This document shows positions 52,946 through 64,000 of a DNA stretch of 64,000 nucleotides, piece after piece. Source of the DNA: Paraspadella gotoi. Lineage: Eukaryota > Animalia > Chaetognatha. A program made the translations under genes and the position numbers. Position 1 is the first letter of the stretch, and every line of letters begins with the position of its first letter. The notes under the pieces were generated by a model that saw only the letters and a program-made list of their open reading frames with translations, searched no databases and was not told the origin of the DNA. The stretch is taken from assembly GCA_051294375.1 (NCBI GenBank), contig CM119265.1, positions 4,099,025 through 4,163,024 on the forward strand, in the 5' to 3' direction.

Positions 52946-53015
52946 ACTTCATCGCAATTTCCTTTGAAAAAATTAAAGATTAGTTCACAGTTTAAAAAAT
53001 CTCATTTGCATATGG
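51660..53015 (+). repeat. Tandem ~670-bp near-duplicate flanking an N gap (likely assembly redundancy)
   Basis: 51685-52330 and 52360-53015 are collinear, differ mostly by 1-bp indels, and are separated by a short N run. Confidence 0.8.
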
Positions 53016-53474
53016 GGTTTTGGTGAAACCGAATCCCTCCTTATATAGAATATATACAAATCAAATCTTATTTATACCCTGACTACACAATAAATCAACT
53101 ATGTCCTATAAAAAATCCATGTCAAATCAGTGATAGTTGATCTAGTTTATGCATTTAGAGCAACTATAGTGGAGACCTTGAGCAGCAAATACTTTTTGAT
53201 CAAACTGTGATAATGCTTGAAAACTCAATATAGGTATCTAGTGTTCTCTTTATGGGAGAAATTTCGTACGTAAAATGATTAGTGTTAAATGATGTGTAGA
53301 TTTTGAAATCGTGGATGTGGAGAACTGAATGTTGTAAACTTTACTATACGTAGAATTTAGTTCATAAAAAATTTCAGAAACTTGTCCATTTTCATCAATT
53401 TTTTAAATTTTTATTTAATAGTTTTTTTTCTATTTTTTTTGCTAGACTTATCTCTGTTTTGTGGATGGGAGTAT

Positions 53475-54555
53475 ATACTATTCAATAAAATGCAATTTTC
53501 TTATTTTTTGAAACGTTTATAGTTTCATATGTCGAATCCAAAATATCCAATGCAAAATCTTTTTGTTGTTTTTAGATATGACCGAATATTAGGTCGAAAG
53601 ATGATAAATTTTTTTAAAAAGTTACTTATCATTATTTATTCTATAATTGTAATAAAAAAAAATTTAAAAAATAATAGTACAATAGTTAGTGTTATGTCTC
53701 AAATAAATGGAAAAAAAAAACCTCATTTAAAAATCGAATCGGGAAAGTGGGGTAACTAAGGCTTACCAATGAGCATACTCCACGCCGATTGTTCTCTTCA
53801 ATAATTTTTTTATTTAATACATTTGAAAGGGAAAAAAGGCGAAAATTCAGGAATGCAGGTTATATAAGGGGTACAGATTAATCTGGACTTAACTACATGA
53901 TAAACCATGACCTTTATATCTATGAATGGGGGCAGTAAAGATATCTAAAAAATTTGCATCATTAAAGTCAGTAATGAACCCTTTTTAATGGGCTATTACT
54001 GGAGAAAATATTTTTCTTAATTAAAATGGATGTATAAATAATAAGAATTTAAAATTCTTTGCTATATTTAAAAAAAATTATCAAAAATACAATTTAAACA
54101 CAATGATGTCTTGCTTTGTCAAATAACTTGCCAGCTATATAACTTTTTAAAAACTTTATTATGATAAAACAAGCAGTGTGTCCAAGCTTTTTAGTTTGCA
54201 GTTAAAGATAGATAAAAAATTGCTGATTTTTTTTTCACAACAGAATAAGGTAGATGCTCCAGACTGTTATATATCAAGCTGAAAAACATTTTTGTAATTT
54301 ATCATTTTGATATTTAAAAAGACATTTTCATCAAGCTACCAATATAAATTTTTGCATTGTTTTTTACTTTAATTAAAAAATATTAAGCAGTTTATGGAAA
54401 TAAAAAAAATTTTATATAATAATCAAAATGCAATCAGTCTTATCCTTTTCAAATACAAAAGAAAAAAAAAAATTTCATATGCCTCATTCAAAATTTTTAA
54501 AGCAAAAAACTGTTATACTTTTAACTCTGATTTAAACAAAAGCCGCTGTAAGATT
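53475..54555 (+). repeat. ~1-kb AT-rich dispersed repeat (unclassified)
   Basis: Collinear copy at ~61190-62140 in an LRR gene intron. Confidence 0.75.
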
Positions 54556-56337
54556 ATGGATTTAATTTAATAAAACTTTTTTAGAAAGGTGGTCTATGAT
54601 TAGGGCTTTTCTTTCAAAAGCTTATTTAATAAAAATTTTTCAAACTACCAGTACAAATCTGTGTTAAATAAAAATTGTTGCAAAGCGGGAGTCTCTCACT
54701 ATTTCTAGTTGATACAATACATTAAATTTTAAAATAAAATTTGACAGAAATTTTTTTAGTCATTTACGAGACAATCACCTTTCAGATGCTAGCCCATCTA
54801 TAAATAAATTGATTTATTTATTTCCCCCAAAAAAGCCCTAATAAAAAAGCTGAAATTTTTTTCAAATTGTTTTGGAAAAATATTTCCTCCGACCTTTGCT
54901 CATTGAGATAATGCGTTTCTGCATAGAAAATCAAAACTATCAAAAAAATAAAAAAAATCAGCCTCTAGAAAAATCGAAAGGCTAGAGCTTGCATTTTTAG
55001 AATTGCACAAATTTTTTTCTTAACTCGAAATCCATATATCTCAAATTCAAAATATTTTTTTCCATAAATCATTCAATCAATTTTTTTCATAATTAAAATG
55101 TTTTTATGATGTTGTTTTGTTTGAAAGAATTGAAAAAAAGTGAAAATATGGTAATTATATAAGGTTTGGAAATACATCAAAAAAATAGATAATTAAACAC
55201 AAAGGGAGTAGAAGGCAGTAATAAACTTCCCATTCATAAAAAAAATTGAAAATGAATTTGATCATATGTTATTTAGATTAATTGAACTAATTACAAACAT
55301 ATGATTCATATAAACTTGAGGAAATTGATGGGTAAAAATATCATCTTGGATTTCGGTTAACATTAAGTATCGTTAAAATTTGTATAATAATATAATATTT
55401 TTTTTTGCATTTATAAAAGCGTCTAAAATTTTGTAAACGTTTGAGCTATATTGCTACATCTTTTTACAACTATTTTTGATCTAGTTAGCTTTTTTGTTGA
55501 TGGTCAAGTGTTATGGTCAGACAGTAGTGTATATCGCACATATTACCAAAAGTAATAATCAATTAATTTGGCTCAGAAACAATTTTAAAGGGACAAAATC
55601 AGCACGAGACAGTAACGCCACGTTATTTTTCATTGTGTCTCACGACGAGTACGTTCAATATTATCCCCTAAGTGGGCGTGACTGTACTGAAACGGGGCGA
55701 TGGGCGCTGAAGTTAGACGTCTGTTGTGTGTTGAAAAAAACTCTCCACCTCTCTAACTTTTATTCTTCTACTATCTTCTCTCAGTAATAATCCTGTACTT
55801 TTATTTTCTACCGACTTTTCTCTTCCCTTCTTTTCAATCGCCTGTGCATCGTTTCCCTTCTGTTTCCTTTTTGGTATTCTTATTCTCGCTAGATGGCGAC
55901 GACCGATGACCGCGCGAAGAGGAATCAAAAATACTGACGCTCTTTGCGAGGGGGCGTTAAAATCGGTGGCCTCTTGTTTCTTTGCGTGAGAGAGAGAGAG
56001 AGAGAGAGAGANNNNNNNNNNNNNNNNNNNNNNNNNNNNNNNNNNNNNNNNNNNNNNNNNNNNNNNNNNNNNNNNNNNNNNNNNNNNNNNNNNNNNNNNN
56101 NNNNNNNNNNNNNNNNNNNNNNNNNNNNNNNNNNNNNNNNNNNNNNNNNNNNNNNNNNNNNNNNNNNNNNNNNNNNNNNNNNNNNNNNNNNNNNNNNNNN
56201 NNNNNNNNNNNNNNNNNNNNNNAAAAAAAAAACCGGAGATAAAAAAGAAAAAAAAAGGAAAGAAAACCTAATTAAGTCGGGATGTTTAAAAAAAAAAGGA
56301 AAAAAAAAACTGTTTGGATTCAATTTTGCTCCGAATT

Positions 56338-57392
56338 TTTAGTCGGCTCTGCTTATCGCGGATTCCGACTCTATAATTCACTTTGTCGGTCCGTCTGTCC
56401 CACCCCAAAAGGTTGTCGGGCAGTCACTTAAATCATGTCATAACATCGAATTATGATAAATTAAGCAAAAAAAAAGAAAAGATGTCGTCCGCCCGTCTGT
56501 CTGTCTGTCTGTCTGAAGGTCCGTCCCACCTTTTCATTAAACTCCAATTACTCGTAATCACGAGTAATTGGAGTAATTGGATGGATTGAAATGAAATTTT
56601 GTGTGTGAGTTGGAAAGTGTGTGATTGAGCTGGATATAAAGTTTCGATGAAATCGTGCCAGTGGAAATGAGTTTAAATGGAAAAAACAAAAGTCCTATTT
56701 ACTTGAAGCATTTTTACTCATAATTATTATATTTATTAAAAATTGGATAGATAAATTGTAGGAGTGGAAAATAATCTAAATTAGAAAACCAAGAAACATA
56801 TTTATTTCAATTTTTAAAAGTTTCCCTCTCTCAATATCTCTGATTGATTGATTGATTGATTGATTAATTTATTGATTGACCAAATTATACCAGTGGACCA
56901 AATTATTCAAGTGACCCAATCTGCAAGTTGACCAAATTATGCCAGTTGATAAAATCATGTCAGTTGACCAAATTATACCTGTTGACCAAATTATGCCGGT
57001 TGACCAAATTATGCCAGAGGAGCAAATTATGCCAGTTGAGCAAATTATGCCACTTGACCAAATTTTGCCAGTTGAGCAAATTATGCCAGTTGACCAAATT
57101 ATGCCAGTTGACCAAATTATACCAGTTAACCAAATTATGCCAGTTAACCAAATTATGCCAGTTGACCAAATTATGCCAGTTGACCAAATTATACCAGTTG
57201 ACCAAATAATGCAACTTGATTAAATTGATAGATCAATTGATTTATAGATTTATTAAGAAGTCTGTTATGATTTGTTATGTTACAATTTGTTATGATCTGT
57301 TAAGATCACAAATTACAAGTCAGAAAAAATTCCCGTGATTTATCATCGGATTAGCTTATTACCGCTTAATTATCGTTTGCTCAAACTAGTTT
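56338..57392 (+). mobile_element. Family A Helentron/DINE-like element carrying an 18-bp tandem array
   Basis: Family A 5' end (TTTTAGTCGGCTCTGC..CTATAA) and 3' GTTTGCTCAAAC; array of GTTGACCAAATTATGCCA at ~56875-57215. Confidence 0.7.
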
Positions 57393-57640
57393 TCCCCTTT
57401 TTTACCTAGTATTTAGATCTATGGTTTCTCTCTCTCCTCTCTCTCTCTCGTCTCGTGCTCGTTCTCTCGTCTCTCTCTCTCTCTCTCTCTTCTTCATGAG
57501 AAGCAACAAATCAAGGTTTAGTGATATTAACGAAATCATTAGAAGAAAAATATGTTTGAATGTAAAACTTCAGGTTTTGTTTTTTTTCTGAGGCGCGGTT
57601 TACCTCATTTCAAGATGGACCGACTCCGACACCTTGGACA

Positions 57641-57702
<62 letters not shown>

Positions 57703-58458
57703 TTTGTTCTTGCCTTAAATTCTCATTTGAATTTCGGCGAATCTTCATTCGTTTTTCTCAGACGCAGAACAAAATTGTTCTTATTTGAGATTTTTTAGGC
57801 ACAAAACGAAACTCAGTGGGTCTCTGACAAACAGAACCAGGCACCACTGTAAACGCTTCTTTCACCTTCCTCACTTGACTGTAGATCTGTTTATTTCTCA
57901 AGTTGCATGAAGCATTGTTTTTATTATTTAATTTTAATTAAGCTAATGCTTTTTTATATCGTCCGAATATTATTTCTATATTCGAACGTTAAACGGCTCT
58001 CTCGGTACAAAACCATTCACTATTTAAGAATAACATGATTCTACAGTAAACCTACTTTCCCCCCCAAAAAAAATCAAACCAATTACATTTCAATTTAAAA
58101 CTAACAATTTCGTTTTCAATTTAAAACTAACAATTTCAATTTCAATTTAAAACCTTTTCAGTAACGATTACACGTCTACCACGCATAATACTCCACCAAA
58201 TCTTTCGTTTTAAAGAACTTAAAATTCGCTTTAAATACTTTTTTAAATTTTAATCTCAAATCGATTTCCTTCAGAGCCCCGAGGATTTACATAGGCTTTT
58301 TTAAAGTTAAATTAAAATTTAATCTGGAATTAAATTAAAAAAAAAAGAAAGAATGAAATTTAGGTCAAACTGACTCCGTTGGATCCAACATAAAAAAAGA
58401 AAATATAATTAATTACGCGCGAATTTTAATCGATTTATTTTCTCTTTTTTCTCCTCAG

Positions 58459-61400
58459 ACGTGACTTTTAAATCTACGACAATGTCGTCGTCGTCTTCGC
58501 CTTCGTCTTCGCCTTCGTCTTCGCCTTCGTCTTCGTCTTCGCCTTCGCCTTCGTCTTCGTTTTCGTCTTCGCCTTCGCCTTCGTCTTCGTCTTCGTCTTC
58601 GTCGCTCGAATTCGTCGTCGATTTCGTCGTCGTGGGAAAAATCTTCTTTCGCATTCACGAACGGCCGTCCGGTCAAACGTCCGGTCAAACGTCCGGTCAA
58701 GCGTCCGGCCGAATCGGCCTCCTAGCTTCCGGCAAAAACTCTTATCGAATTTCCGGCCACAAATTGACTAAAATATCAACTCAACACGCGACCTTCTCCT
58801 CTCCCCTCTCCCCGCCCCTCCTCCTCCTTTCCGCTCCTCCTCTCCCTCTCCTCCTACTCCACCTCCTCTCCTCCCCGCTGCTCCTCGCCTCTGCTCGTCT
58901 CTGCCCGGCACCAGTGCCCCCTTGCTCATGCAAACGCGAGACTCGCGAGCTCTTCTGCCAAAGTCGCCGATTCGTCGATGTGCCGACGCTGATCGACGAC
59001 GCGTTGCAGGCCGAAAAAATTGAAAAAGCGGCGGACAATATGCCGCCGCCATTTGACGTCGGAAACCCGATTTTCTGGAAGACTACGTCGTCGTCGTCGT
59101 CGACATCCCGCCACCCGACGCGCCACGCTTGGCGTCATTCGACATCGCGTCATCGCGGCGTCGATAAAGAGAACCACGCCCAGCACTCCTCCAACCACTC
59201 GACCCACCTCTCCGACCACCAGACAGACCACCCGCCCACGTGGTCACTCAATCTTGCCCACAACGATCTCGATACAATTAAATCCAAAGACTTTGATTCC
59301 CTTCGACTCAGGGTTCTCCTCCTTGATTATAACAGGTTTAAGTCATTCTTGTCGTTGATGTCATTTTTTGACGGGGTCAATGTTATCGTCCCTGTCATTT
59401 TCGTCGTTGTTTATGTACCAGTCGTCTTTTTTGTCAATCTTCTTGGTAATTGTCTGTGACGTTTGTTTTCGTACATGGAAGAGACAGTAATTATTATGTG
59501 TTAGTGACCGAACCGTTCAATATACGCAGTCCCTGAGCTTCGGTTCAGGCTGAGTTAAGCGCCCGGTCCCTCTTAACTGCTAGGCGACCACCGGGCTAGA
59601 ATCCCTGACCTTTGGGTTGGGATGCGACTGACTTGCTTCCAGCACCATTGGCCACTGATGAATGGTTGATGGATTTAAGTACACCATACATCCTCCCTCC
59701 CATAGAGAGAAGTCTGTTGTGTCTCTTCAGTGAATTATTGTTGGTGGAAAGTTCGTCACCATGTTGAGGCATGTCGCCTGATGTGTTGTTGGCGGAAAGT
59801 GAGGTTGAGGCATGTCGCCTGAAAGTGTTGTTGCTGTTGTGTTTGGAAGTCAGGCTCACCAATGAAGTGACAGTAATTATTGTTATGTGTTCGTGACAGA
59901 ACCGTTCGATATACTATCTCGGAAAAAAGTATATGACATAATTCATTTATTCAATAAAAAGTATATAAAACATGGGTAAAACATCATAATAATATTCTCA
60001 ATATTTGGTAAACCTTTCTTCGGCATCAACTACTGCCTGCCTTTGTCTGGGTATGNNNNNNNNNNNNNNNNNNNNNNNNNCTTTCTATACAGCAAATTGA
60101 GTATGACAGTGAAATGTTTTTCGAGATCTTTAACGCAATTCTGCGCAGCCCGATATTAATGTTGCGCATCTTTCCCTCTTTTCTGAGAAGCGATTTAATA
60201 TTACTTTTTGAACCAGAAAGAGGTGCAAGGCGTTTAGCATCGCCAAATTAAAAAAAATATTTAAAAATAACTAACTCTATTAAAATAAAAACAAATAACT
60301 AATACCAAAAATGGTCGAAAATTAAATACATATTTTTTCGGGCTTTTTCATTTGAAGTAACAATATTTTTTGCCTATAACTTCTAAACGATTTGACCTAC
60401 CAAAAATAGAAGGAAGCTACTGAAAACAAATTTAATATAGATTTAGAAACATTCTGATTTTTTTAATTAAAATAAGCTTTCGAGTAGATATCTTTTATTA
60501 AAAATGTCTATACTTTTTCCTAGATAGTAAGCAGTCCCTGAGCTTCACATCAGCTGTAACATCGTGTTACAGGTGCGTCTAAGCGCCCCATCCCTCTTAA
60601 CTGCTAAGCGCACCGGGCTAGAACTGGACCTTTGGGTTTTTTGTCGTAGGTAGATATTAATAACAGTAATTAATTCCTCCCAGCTAGACCAGCCTAAATA
60701 AACTGATTCTTGGCCAGTTGGCAATTTTCATCTCTAAATCTAAATCTCTAAATCTCATCTCTAAATCTAAATCTAAATCACAATTCTCATCTTTAAATCT
60801 AATCTCTAAATCCAATGTCCAAGTTCTTCAATTAACTTATCTCAATCCAATTTCTCTTGCCCCCCAAAAATACTACTCCACACACACATAACTTGGCTAA
60901 AGTCCACTCTCTTTCCCAACCGCCAAAACCCTTTCTCCCCCCCCTCGACAGATTCCTCCGCAAAATTGAGGAAGACGCTTTGGCGTCGCAGGCTGCGCCG
61001 TGCGGCGCTTGCGGATGGAGGGAACCGGGTTAGCGCGTGCCAACGGGCGCCTTGATGAAGCTGGACTCTTGAAGGAGTTGACTTTTCGCGACACAAAATC
61101 GAGGTGAGGAGTGGATTGTGTTTGGGCGAGCTGTCTGTATAAGATACATGAAAAAATGCCGTAACGTTCTGGTTCCACGCATAAAAAAAATTCACTGTTC
61201 AATATTATTTTTTTGTTTTTTTTGAAACGTTATAGTTTCATATGTTGTTATACAAAATAACAATGCAAAATCTTTTTTGTTTTTTTAGTATATGACTATA
61301 TAGGTGAAAGATGATAAATTTCTTTAAAAGTTACTTATTCATATTTATTCATAGAATTGTGAATAGAAAAATAATATTACCAATAGTTAGTGTTATGTCC

Positions 61401-63443
61401 CAAATAGATGAAAAAAAACCTCATTTAAAATTCGTCGGGAAGTGCGGTAACTAAGCATTACCAATGGCATCCTCCACGCCGATTGTTCTCTCAAATTTTT
61501 TTTATTAATACATTGAAAGAGAAAAAAGAAAATTCGGATGCAGGTTGCAGAAAGGGTACAGATAATCTGGACATACTGACATGATAATCATACCTTTTAT
61601 ATCTTGTGAAATGGGGCAGTAAAGAAATATAAAAAATTCGATCATTAGTCAGTCAATGAACCCTTTCCAATGGGCTATTACGATAAATATATTTTTCTAA
61701 ATAAAATGGATGATAAATAATAGAATTAAATTCCTTGTTATATTTAAAGAAAATTATCATACAATTTAACACAATGATGTCTTGTTTTGTCAAATATGTT
61801 GCCAGCTATATAATTTTTTAAAATTTTATCATGATAAACAAGCAGTCGTGTCAAGCTTTTTGTTTGCAGTTGAAGATAATGAAAAATGACGATTTTTTTT
61901 CACAGACAAGAAGGTAGACATCCAGATGTTTATATCAAGCTGAAAACATTTTATATTTATCATTTTTCTATTTAAAAGAAAATTTATCACGCTACTACTA
62001 AATTTTTGATTGGTTTTTACTTTAACAGCAAAATAAAAGCAATTTATGAATGGAGAAATTTAATGGTAATCAAAATTTCAATTTAATTTAATGCAAAAAA
62101 ACTGTTATGCTCTTTAACTCTGATTTAAACAAAAGCTGTGTAAATGACGTGCCTCCGGCACCAATGGTCGCAGCATGAACGTTTAATAATTCGTTCATTT
62201 AATTCATCACCCTGACTTCGGATAATTTCTCTTACCAAATGTTTTGAATTCTAAAATAATGAGAACCATTCAACCGGATATCTAATACATCCTAGCCCAT
62301 CATCTTCGTCATCCTTTACCATCAAACAACATCCCCATCTTCTCCAGATCGTGGACTCCTCCGTCTTCCCCTTCAAACTCCAGCATTCCGTCGATCGATC
62401 GTCTTCAAGGAAATCGACTCCGCGTATTCCCGTCGCCCTTCGCCCGCGCACGATTTCTTGATCTGTCGGGCAACCGGTTGACCGACATCCCGATCCAGGA
62501 TCTGAAGAAGATGTCTTCGCGGACGCGAAGAGTGTGGTGAGAAGGAGGAAGAGGAGGAAGAGGAAGAGGAGGAGGAGTCTTCGTATGAAGATTTATAAGA
62601 TTGATTCTTTCTTGATTTTGCCCTGGCGTGTAAAATTTTTAGTAGTATGTATGTTTCGAAATTACTAATGATTACGTTCACAAGGAATAAAACTGTTATA
62701 TATAGGCGTTTTTATTATATGTAGCGTTTTCCGATCAACTTATTGTATTATAAATAAATTGCCCCTGCTCGGGATTCGAACCCGATAAATCTGGCTCAAA
62801 ATTCTTATATAAAGCTTTAAATAAGAATTTTGGAGCCAGATTTATCGGTTCGAATCCCGAGCAGGGGGCATTTATTTATAATACAATAAGTGATCGGAAA
62901 CGCCTACATATCTAATAACTTATATTTTGGGAAGGGAAGTCAGTGTTGTCTTCTGGAAATATGAATACTTAATATTCTCGTAATATACTTTCTCCCCTTC
63001 TCCGCAGCTTCTCGCCAACAACCTTTCGAAAGCCTCCCCGGCGGCTTCAGACTCTCACGCGCCTCCCGGACTCTCGATCTCAGCAACAACGCGATCTCTT
63101 CGTGCCCAAATGGCTCGTCGACGCTCTCCGAGCGGATCTGAAGCACGCTGCGGAGCTTTAAACTCGTCAACAACTATCTAGCCTGTCGACGAGACGAATC
63201 GGGGATGTACAACTGTGGAACTGTTGAAGGAAGACCCCGGGGTATTCGGTGAGCCGGAGGAGTCGACGAGGACGTTCGAACGACGGCGAGGGTCACGTGT
63301 TTCCAACCGCCAGAGTTGATGATGGGCGACCGCTTGGGAGGCTGAAGTTGCGTCACTGGGAGCTGCGACGAGGCGGTGGAGCGACGGACTGTTTGAGCAG
63401 GCTGAGGAGGGGACGAAGAGGAGGGAGGCGGGAGGAGGAGTAG
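58459..63443 (+). CDS. Extracellular leucine-rich-repeat protein (signal/anchor, LRRNT, LRRs, LRRCT-like); exons 2-4 frameshifted in this assembly
   Basis: Exons 58459-59335 (ATG 58482), 60952-61103, 62348-62536 and 63008-~63443. Hydrophobic stretch, then CPAPVPPCSCK..LFC..RFVDVP, LNLAHNDL, LLLDYNR, LQGNRL, LDLSGNRL, LDLSNNAI, NNYLAC. Confidence 0.75.
59914..60527 (-). mobile_element. Internally deleted Tc1/mariner copy nested in the tRNA-related element
   Basis: TIRs CTATCT(C/A)GGAAAAA, flanked by TA on both sides. The interior is the reverse complement of the element at 1-440. Confidence 0.85.
62717..62911. repeat. Long intronic foldback with a tRNA B-box in each arm
   Basis: ~90-bp arms ATATGTAG..GCTCGGGATTCGAAC..AATTCTTAT / ATAAGAATT..GGTTCGAATCCCGAGC..CTACATAT with a short spacer. 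Confidence 0.8.
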
Positions 63444-64000
63444 GAGGAGGAAGCAGGAGGAGGAGGAGTGGCGCAGGAACGAGCGGAGAGCGGAAGGCGA
63501 TGGTTAAGGGAAAGTATTGAATATATCGTCCTTCGTTTTAATTACTTTAATTATTAACTCTTAATAAACCGCTTTTTAAATTGATTAAATAAGCGTAGCA
63601 AAATATTAAAATCAAGCAGAATCAAATTCGAATAGTAGTCATGAACATTTTTAATAATTTTATTTTTATTTTATTTTTCAATTATCGCATACGCCCATAT
63701 TAAACATAGTGTTCTACCATAGTGTTTACATAGTGTTCTACCATAGAAAATGCTAAAATTTTAAAATGTTTTTTCCTAATTTGGAAAGCAGATTCGAATT
63801 CCTCACGAAAGTTTATAAATCTCATCCGTGGCATAAATAAAATACGTGTATATAACGCTAATTCCTTTTTGAATGTTTGTTAATTTATCCTTGCCACTGT
63901 ATTTATTTGATTAACACTTATACTTTTCTTTTATCAACTTTATATGAGGAATCTCAATCTCGCAAATCTTGAAACAAATAATAAAAATATTTTATAACAT

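Noticed and set aside
51660-53015. Biological tandem duplication
   Set aside because: The copies abut an N gap and differ by indel-type noise; most likely redundant contig ends.
56928-57223. Hexapeptide-repeat ORFs (TKLCQL / PVDQIM)
   Set aside because: 18-bp tandem array inside a non-autonomous transposon.

Overview
AT-rich, intron-containing eukaryotic DNA, most consistent with an invertebrate animal draft assembly. It has N-gaps and, in the last ~20 kb, indel-rich stretches. Splicing exons by hand (GT-AG, phase-checked) gives six coding loci. (1) The 3' end of a stonustoxin/neoverrucotoxin-like pore-forming-toxin gene whose C-terminus is FN3 + Cys-rich repeats + C-type lectin, followed by a second, damaged C-type lectin cassette. 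(2,3) Two tandem 9-exon SLC16/MCT-like MFS transporter paralogues. (4) A small 3-exon putative secreted protein on the minus strand that the ORF track does not show as a gene. (5) An IFI27/ISG12-family gene lying head-to-head with (4) across a short region holding an overlapping ISRE+GAS motif and a CCAAT palindrome. (6) An extracellular LRR gene with frameshifted later exons. The rest is Helentron/DINE-like non-autonomous elements, Tc1/mariner relics and MITEs, a tRNA-related dispersed element, Penelope-type hammerhead-ribozyme relics, and mini/microsatellites. No CRISPR, rRNA or confident functional tRNA. All family assignments come from motifs recognised by eye; no database searches were run.
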